From NCBI GenBank assembly GCA_964409875.1, contig CAYPEN010000002.1:142607-206606 (forward strand): DNA of 64,000 nt, given 5' to 3'. Positions 58,814-64,000 of the stretch are shown in pieces; position 1 is the first letter of the stretch, and every line of letters begins with the position of its first letter. The position numbers were made by a program, and so were the translations under genes. The notes under the pieces were generated by a model, which saw only the letters and a program-made list of their open reading frames with translations, made no database searches and was not told the origin of the DNA. Source of the DNA: an uncultured Gammaproteobacteria bacterium. GTDB taxonomy: Bacteria; Patescibacteriota; Microgenomatia; Levybacterales; GWA1-39-11.

Positions 58814-59133
58814 GAAAGTAAATGGATATTCTGAAATGCTTTCTTCAATTCTTCGTATAAATCCTCTCTTTGAACTTGTACTATCTGCTTTTTTGCAAAT
58901 ATTACAACATTAATGTTCTGCTCCTTACGCAGTAATGTCTTTGTCGCCTCAACAATCTGTCTCTTGTATCGGTTGCGAAACACTGCTCTTTTATCTACCT
59001 TTTTTCCTACCACTACTGCTACGTGCAAACCGTACCCATCCGAACCGTCATAACGGATGACAAAAAATGGAGTAGAGTATATGCGGCGCGGAACGCCTCT
59101 TTTAAAAGAAAATCTATGTTTTCTGGGCAACAT
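58810..59133 (-). CDS. rnpA: Ribonuclease P protein component
   Basis: 'LPRKHRFSFKRGV...VVVGKKVDKRAVFRNRYKRQI' RnpA motif. Confidence 0.85.
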   Translation of the reverse strand: MLPRKHRFSFKRGVPRRIYSTPFFVIRYDGSDGYGLHVAVVVGKKVDKRAVFRNRYKRQIVEATKTLLRKEQNINVVIFAKKQIVQVQREDLYEELKKAFQNIHLLS

Positions 59134-59264
59134 TAGACCTTTTTTCTACCTTTTTGTCGTCGTCTCTTAATGACCTTTTTCCCTCCCAATGTTTTAAGAC
59201 GTCCCAAAAATCCGTGCTTTTTTGCCCCTTTCTTTTTATTGTTCTTTGTCAAAAGCTCTGTCAT
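59133..59264 (-). CDS. rpmH: 50S ribosomal protein L34
   Basis: Hand-translated 43-aa ORF MTELLTKNNKKKGAKKHGFLGRLKTLGGKKVIKRRRQKGRKKV. It is not in the supplied ORF track (under 60 aa). Its stop overlaps the rnpA start. Confidence 0.8.
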   Translation of the reverse strand: MTELLTKNNKKKGAKKHGFLGRLKTLGGKKVIKRRRQKGRKKV

Positions 59265-59351
59265 AAGTTCCAATTATATCCGAAACTGAGCACAAACTCA
59301 ATAAGAGCTTACACACTTGAAATATATCAATAATTCTTCTATGCTTTATAT

Positions 59352-60437
59352 ATGGTACGAGTAGCTATTAACGGATACGGGCGCATAGGCCGGGTCGCAC
59401 ATCGAATCATCATTGAGAAATTTTCCGACCAAATAGAGGTTGTTGCAATAAATGCTGGATCGTCAACGGATATGAAGGGATGGATGTATCTTCTCAAATA
59501 TGATACCAACTATGGACAGCTCGTGCATCATTCTATCTTCCTTCAAAAACCAGAAGAAGTACAAAATCAAACATCCCTTCCGACAATTGGCGCACTGGTT
59601 ATTGATGACAAGGTAATTCCTTTTTATTCAGAAAAGGACCCGACGAAGCTTCCCTGGCGTGAGTTAAATGTGGACGTCGTCATTGAGTCAACCGGCGCAT
59701 TCACTACACAGGAAAAAATTCAACCCCATCTTGATAGTGGTGCTAAATCCGTCATCCTATCAGCACCATTTAAAGACGAAGCTAGTGGCTCAACGTATGT
59801 TTTGGGAGTAAACCTTAATGACCAAGAAGGACACAAATTGGAGAATGTAGTAAGTAATGCCTCCTGTACAACAAATTGTATTGCACCGGTTGCGGCAATT
59901 ATGGAAGAAGCATTCGGTATTGAAAAAGTAATGATGACAACTATCCACTCCTACACCTCAGACCAGGAAATACAGGACGGGGGGCATAAAGACTACCGGC
60001 GTGCGCGCTCAGCTGCCCAAAATATTATTCCCACCTCAACCGGTGCAACACTTGCTGCTGCCAAAACCATTCCCTCACTTGAGGGAATATTCACAGGACT
60101 TTCCATTCGCGTCCCTACCTCCGTCGGTTCTTTATCAGATTTTACTTTTTTGCTCAAAAGAGAAACATCCATTGAAGAAGTAAATAATGTATTGAAGCAA
60201 GCAGCTGAAAATCCCAGATGGAAAGGTATCTTTACTACAACGAACGATCCGATCGTTTCAAGCGACATTATTGGCGATTCCCATTCATCAATAGCAGACT
60301 TATCACTCACTCAAGTAGTTGGAGGAAATATGGTAAAAGTTATTGCATGGTATGACAATGAATATGGCTATTCCAACCGACTCGTTGAGGAAACGCTTAT
60401 TCTAGGTAAAAAAGTTCAATCTGCCCCCCAACAATAA
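59352..60437 (+). CDS. gap: Glyceraldehyde-3-phosphate dehydrogenase
   Basis: 'VAINGYGRIGR' and the active site 'SNASCTTNCIAP'. Confidence 0.95.
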   Translation: MVRVAINGYGRIGRVAHRIIIEKFSDQIEVVAINAGSSTDMKGWMYLLKYDTNYGQLVHHSIFLQKPEEVQNQTSLPTIGALVIDDKVIPFYSEKDPTKLPWRELNVDVVIESTGAFTTQEKIQPHLDSGAKSVILSAPFKDEASGSTYVLGVNLNDQEGHKLENVVSNASCTTNCIAPVAAIMEEAFGIEKVMMTTIHSYTSDQEIQDGGHKDYRRARSAAQNIIPTSTGATLAAAKTIPSLEGIFTGLSIRVPTSVGSLSDFTFLLKRETSIEEVNNVLKQAAENPRWKGIFTTTNDPIVSSDIIGDSHSSIADLSLTQVVGGNMVKVIAWYDNEYGYSNRLVEETLILGKKVQSAPQQ

Positions 60438-60445
60438 AGAAAGGT

Positions 60446-61012
60446 ATGAATCCCGTAGATTTAGGAGACATTCGAAATATTACCGTTTCTGGAAGAATCG
60501 GGAGCGGTGCAACAACACTTGCAACGCACCTTGCTAAAACTCTTGGGTGGGAAATTCTTGATGGAGGGAAATTATTCCGCTCCCTAACTCACGACCATGG
60601 TTTTGCTGCTGACCGTTCAGATTCTTTTGACCTAGAATATGAAGCAAACATACAGAAAATACTGCGGGAAGAGAAGCATCACATTATCCAAAGCCATTTA
60701 GCAGGCTTTGACGCACAAGGGATTGAGGGTATTTTTAAGATATTTGTCGTATGTGAAGATGATGAGGGTAATGATAAAGCTGACGTACGCATAGACAGAC
60801 TGGTTAACAGAGACGGCATGGCAGTTGAGGAGGCAAAATTTGAGCTGAAAGAGCGTGACAAACAGAACCTTTCCAAGTGGCGGCGGCTCTATGCAAATAA
60901 CGACCCAGCGTGGGTATATTGGGACAAAAAGTACTATGACCTTATTGTCAACACTTTTAAATTAAACCAGCACGATGCACTTCAAATGGTCCTTGATAGG
61001 CTTGAAGTTTAA
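60446..61012 (+). CDS. Cytidylate kinase-like P-loop nucleotide kinase
   Basis: 'ITVSGRIGSGATTLA' P-loop and the ~188-aa (d)CMP kinase-family size. Confidence 0.5.
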   Translation: MNPVDLGDIRNITVSGRIGSGATTLATHLAKTLGWEILDGGKLFRSLTHDHGFAADRSDSFDLEYEANIQKILREEKHHIIQSHLAGFDAQGIEGIFKIFVVCEDDEGNDKADVRIDRLVNRDGMAVEEAKFELKERDKQNLSKWRRLYANNDPAWVYWDKKYYDLIVNTFKLNQHDALQMVLDRLEV

Positions 61013-61383
61013 AATCCTGAAACATTCTCTCTGTGTTCAAGAGAAATAACCCTACCGTCTTTTACTATCACCCCAATTGCGTCAATTCGTAAGTTATCTG
61101 GCAAATCAGGATGAAGTATATATACATAATATTTGGCTCCTTTTATGATTTGCTGAAGTTTATGAGGGGCAATCGCATCAAAAGGAGTACCAAAGGAGTT
61201 GTTTGTCCGTGTCTTAACCTCAACAAACACAACAACATCGCCTTTTCGCGCAATAATATCAATTTCACCATAACTTTTACGAAAATTTCTTTCCAAGATT
61301 TGGTATCCCTGTTTTTTAAGATATTCGCAGGCCATTTCCTCCCCCAAAACAGCAACGGGATTAACTATCCTCATAGCTTTCAT
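61009..61383 (-). CDS. YraN-family (UPF0102) endonuclease-like protein
   Basis: 'GEIDIIARKGDVVVFVEVKTR' PD-(D/E)xK-like core. The start is trimmed to 'MKAMRIV'. Confidence 0.7.
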   Translation of the reverse strand: MKAMRIVNPVAVLGEEMACEYLKKQGYQILERNFRKSYGEIDIIARKGDVVVFVEVKTRTNNSFGTPFDAIAPHKLQQIIKGAKYYVYILHPDLPDNLRIDAIGVIVKDGRVISLEHRENVSGF

Positions 61384-61443
61384 TGTACGTATATTACTAA
61401 GGCAGAACAAGAATACCATTCCCTCAAAAGTTAACAGGAAAGA

Positions 61444-63846
61444 TTACTGTTGTTGTGGGGTAGGAGTAGGAACAAAAACCCTGCAAGGAGTTTTTGAGTC
61501 GGTCCCGCGAATGAAGTATGCGGTATATCCAAAACACTGTTTGGAGGTTATTTCTTCTGGTGTTTGAATCTGAGCCGTATCTCTCCCCTGCAACATATTC
61601 GTCATAATCCTGTTCCACATTGGGGCTGCTCCGGTAATCCCTGACGCGAGCGCTTGGGAAAGAGGAGTGTTATCATTATTCCCTACCCACGTTGCAACCA
61701 AAACATCCGGAGTATATCCAATTGTCCAGTTGTCGCGCTTGTTGTCTGTCGTTCCTGTTTTGACAGAAACCCGCTGATTGGGAATTGATAACGGAGAGTT
61801 AGAACCAAACTCAATTGAACGAGCTTTGTTGTCGGCTAAAATATCGGACACAATAAAGGCGACTCCCGGGCTTACGACCGGTTCCGGCGCGACTTCTTTT
61901 TGCTCCAATACCTTCCCCTCTGAATCCGTTATTTGAACAATCGGATTAAGACTCACCTTCGAACCATTATTCGCAATCACTCCATATGCAGTAGCCAAAT
62001 CTACCATAGAAACTTCTGCAGCCCCAAGCGTTATTGAAAGGCCATAATTTTCAGGAGAACCCCACGAGGAGATTCCCATTTTCTTTCCAAAAGACACTAA
62101 CTCATCAACCCCAAGTTTTTGGGCAACTCTTACGGCAGGAATGTTGAAGGAATTTGCGAATGCAATCCGTAATGGTACCCTTCCATGGAATTTTCCATCA
62201 TAATTTACCGGCGTATAAGAAGGGCCACCCGGAGATGAGATAGTAAGCGGCGTGTCATCTAGAATTGTGGCCTCTGTCATGCCCTTTGAAAGCGCCAATG
62301 TATATGTAATAAGTTTTATCGTCGAGCCGGGTTGCCGCAATGAAGTGGTAATATTTACATTTCCATCATGGTCCGAATCGAAATAATCATGGCTTCCTAC
62401 CATTGCCAATATGTCACCATTTTTTGGATTGGTAACTAGAGCCGCACCGTTTCCAATTCCCAAATATCCGTCTTTATCAATTTCGTCCGAAACAATTCTT
62501 TCGGCCATTTTTTGTGTATCGATATCAAGTGAGGTCGTAACTTTAAGGCCGCCTCTCTCTACTTCGAATAATCCATACTTCCTGACTAAAAGATCTTTTA
62601 CATACATTACAAAGTGTGGCGCTTGAATAGGCACTTGCGAGGACTTGAACACCAACTTTTCTGAATACGCTTGCTGCGCCTGTGCTTTGGTGATATATCC
62701 ATTTTCAACCATAGCATTCAAAACCTCTTTCTGTCGCCTTTTTCCTTGGCTTCCATCCCCCGCAAATGGAGAGTATTGGCTTGGAGCCTGGGGAAGTCCT
62801 GCAAGGTATGCACTTTCCGAAAGTGAAAGACTTGACACGTCCTTTCCGAAATAAATGTTGCTGGCCGCTTCCACCCCCCATGCTGTTCCCCCATAAGGAA
62901 CGTAATTAAAATACAATTCCAAAATCTGGTCTTTCGTGTATTTTCTCTCTGCCCAAAAAGCAAGAACTAACTCCCTTACCTTGCGGGTAATTGTGGGCTC
63001 CGGCGTGAGAAGCGCTGATTTTATCAGCTGCTGGGTAATGGTTGAGCCCCCTTGTAAATCTTTTTTTGTAATATCGACATAAATTGCGCGTGCTATTCCT
63101 TTTACATCAAAACCTCCGTGTTTGTAAAAATCTTTGTCTTCTATCGCAATGGTCGCCTCCTGTAGCTTTTTTGGGATTACTTTTAGAGGAACAATCGTCC
63201 TATTTTGATTGGCATAAATTTCAAACAATAAATTCCCATTCCTATCAAGAATTTTTGTTGACTTAGGAATGTAATTCACAGAAAGGTTAGATAATTTCGG
63301 CAAGTCTGAAATGAAGATGAAAAATGATGCGGGAAGAAAAAAGAAAATAAAGGCAAACAAAGCTCCAACCGCAATATATTTTGTTTTGTATATAAATGAA
63401 GTCTTTTCTGTCACCACAACTTCCCTCGCCTCGCGTCTCCTCCCTTTTTTCCGCTTCCTCCCAAAAAATATCCTCAAAGGAAAAATAATAATACTTATTA
63501 AAAAAGTGAAAAAAACCAACAATTCTTTTACTGTTCCCACCAGTATCAGCCTCAAAAAAGCAATAATAGAATGCATAAAGTGCATTTCTTTATACAGCTG
63601 TTTCGAAATAAATTCGAAAGCTATTCTAATTTTATGGCTTATAGTATTTTGGTTTTTCTTCTTATGATGCTTTACATATACCAGCCGTTTTTGTGATGTT
63701 TTGAAAACTATATAAAAAACTGCAGCGAACTTTTTGAAAGGATATAAAAATGATTGAGAAAGCGTTGAAAGAACAGAGTAAACCGCATCTCCGATTTTGA
63801 TAAGGATATACAGAAGGACGTAAAACAAAAACTTAAAGAATGCCAT
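61444..63846 (-). CDS. Class A penicillin-binding protein (second PBP1A paralog) with extended hydrophobic N-terminus
   Basis: GT51 'EDKDFYKHGGFD' and 'GGSTITQQLIKS'. The transpeptidase domain carries 'KTGTT'. The N-terminal ~150 aa are hydrophobic and basic, and the true start is uncertain. Confidence 0.85.
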   Translation of the reverse strand: MAFFKFLFYVLLYILIKIGDAVYSVLSTLSQSFLYPFKKFAAVFYIVFKTSQKRLVYVKHHKKKNQNTISHKIRIAFEFISKQLYKEMHFMHSIIAFLRLILVGTVKELLVFFTFLISIIIFPLRIFFGRKRKKGRRREAREVVVTEKTSFIYKTKYIAVGALFAFIFFFLPASFFIFISDLPKLSNLSVNYIPKSTKILDRNGNLLFEIYANQNRTIVPLKVIPKKLQEATIAIEDKDFYKHGGFDVKGIARAIYVDITKKDLQGGSTITQQLIKSALLTPEPTITRKVRELVLAFWAERKYTKDQILELYFNYVPYGGTAWGVEAASNIYFGKDVSSLSLSESAYLAGLPQAPSQYSPFAGDGSQGKRRQKEVLNAMVENGYITKAQAQQAYSEKLVFKSSQVPIQAPHFVMYVKDLLVRKYGLFEVERGGLKVTTSLDIDTQKMAERIVSDEIDKDGYLGIGNGAALVTNPKNGDILAMVGSHDYFDSDHDGNVNITTSLRQPGSTIKLITYTLALSKGMTEATILDDTPLTISSPGGPSYTPVNYDGKFHGRVPLRIAFANSFNIPAVRVAQKLGVDELVSFGKKMGISSWGSPENYGLSITLGAAEVSMVDLATAYGVIANNGSKVSLNPIVQITDSEGKVLEQKEVAPEPVVSPGVAFIVSDILADNKARSIEFGSNSPLSIPNQRVSVKTGTTDNKRDNWTIGYTPDVLVATWVGNNDNTPLSQALASGITGAAPMWNRIMTNMLQGRDTAQIQTPEEITSKQCFGYTAYFIRGTDSKTPCRVFVPTPTPQQQ

Positions 63847-64000
63847 AGGGCCCCCGATTGCTTAAAATAAATTCCAACCTTGGGCAGCAGTTTTTGTTCT
63901 TTCGAACAATGGTTGCACTAGTATAATATTCTCCGTAAATTTATAAGATACAGAGTGGAGTATAAATACTAATATGGAATATTAGTATTATAGTAAATTA

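Noticed and set aside
1-64000. CRISPR arrays, rRNA genes, glmS ribozyme or T-box leaders
   Set aside because: No regularly spaced direct repeats with unique spacers were seen. No long ORF-free conserved rRNA-like blocks were seen. Only 9 bp separate the crp-like gene and glmS, and there is under 70 bp upstream of trpS and valS, which leaves no room for these riboswitches.

Overview
This is a low-GC bacterial chromosome segment. Its housekeeping genes include a molybdopterin-cofactor operon (moaD, moaE, moeB-rhodanese, mobA, moeA) beside a sulfite-oxidase-fold Mo enzyme and an HPP-family membrane protein. It also holds a dcd–thyA–tmk thymidylate block, an ATP-dependent DNA ligase, recF, fpg, ftsH, trpS, murD, murI, glmS, valS, gap, two class A PBPs, and the rpmH–rnpA–yidC–jag cluster. 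The gene content (DUF4012-like and DUF2207-like proteins, archaeal-type UMP kinase, short ValRS, ATP-dependent ligase, two class A PBPs) suggests a Patescibacteria/CPR-like organism; this is inference only. A cluster of five minus-strand tRNAs (Met-CAT, Ser-GGA, Arg-CCG, Ser-CGA, Arg-GCG) at ~30.3–31.5 kb is littered with partial tRNA duplications, hairpins and a 16-nt flanking direct repeat, and a tyrosine recombinase gene lies just beyond it. Between ~33.57 and ~41.77 kb lies an ~8.2 kb accessory island bounded by a ~20-bp imperfect direct repeat and ending in a 577-aa large serine recombinase. This island carries the most interesting content of the window: a three-gene operon of an unknown 395-aa protein, a NurA-like nuclease and a HerA-family hexameric ATPase. 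Around that operon sit an XRE-family HTH with a palindromic operator, a zinc-ribbon membrane protein, a candidate ~100-nt sRNA and a cassette of small overlapping ORFs. The operon is a candidate undescribed HerA/NurA-based defence or mobile-element DNA-processing system. No CRISPR arrays or rRNA genes were seen. The CDS calls are based on motifs read directly from the supplied six-frame translations. No database searches were run.
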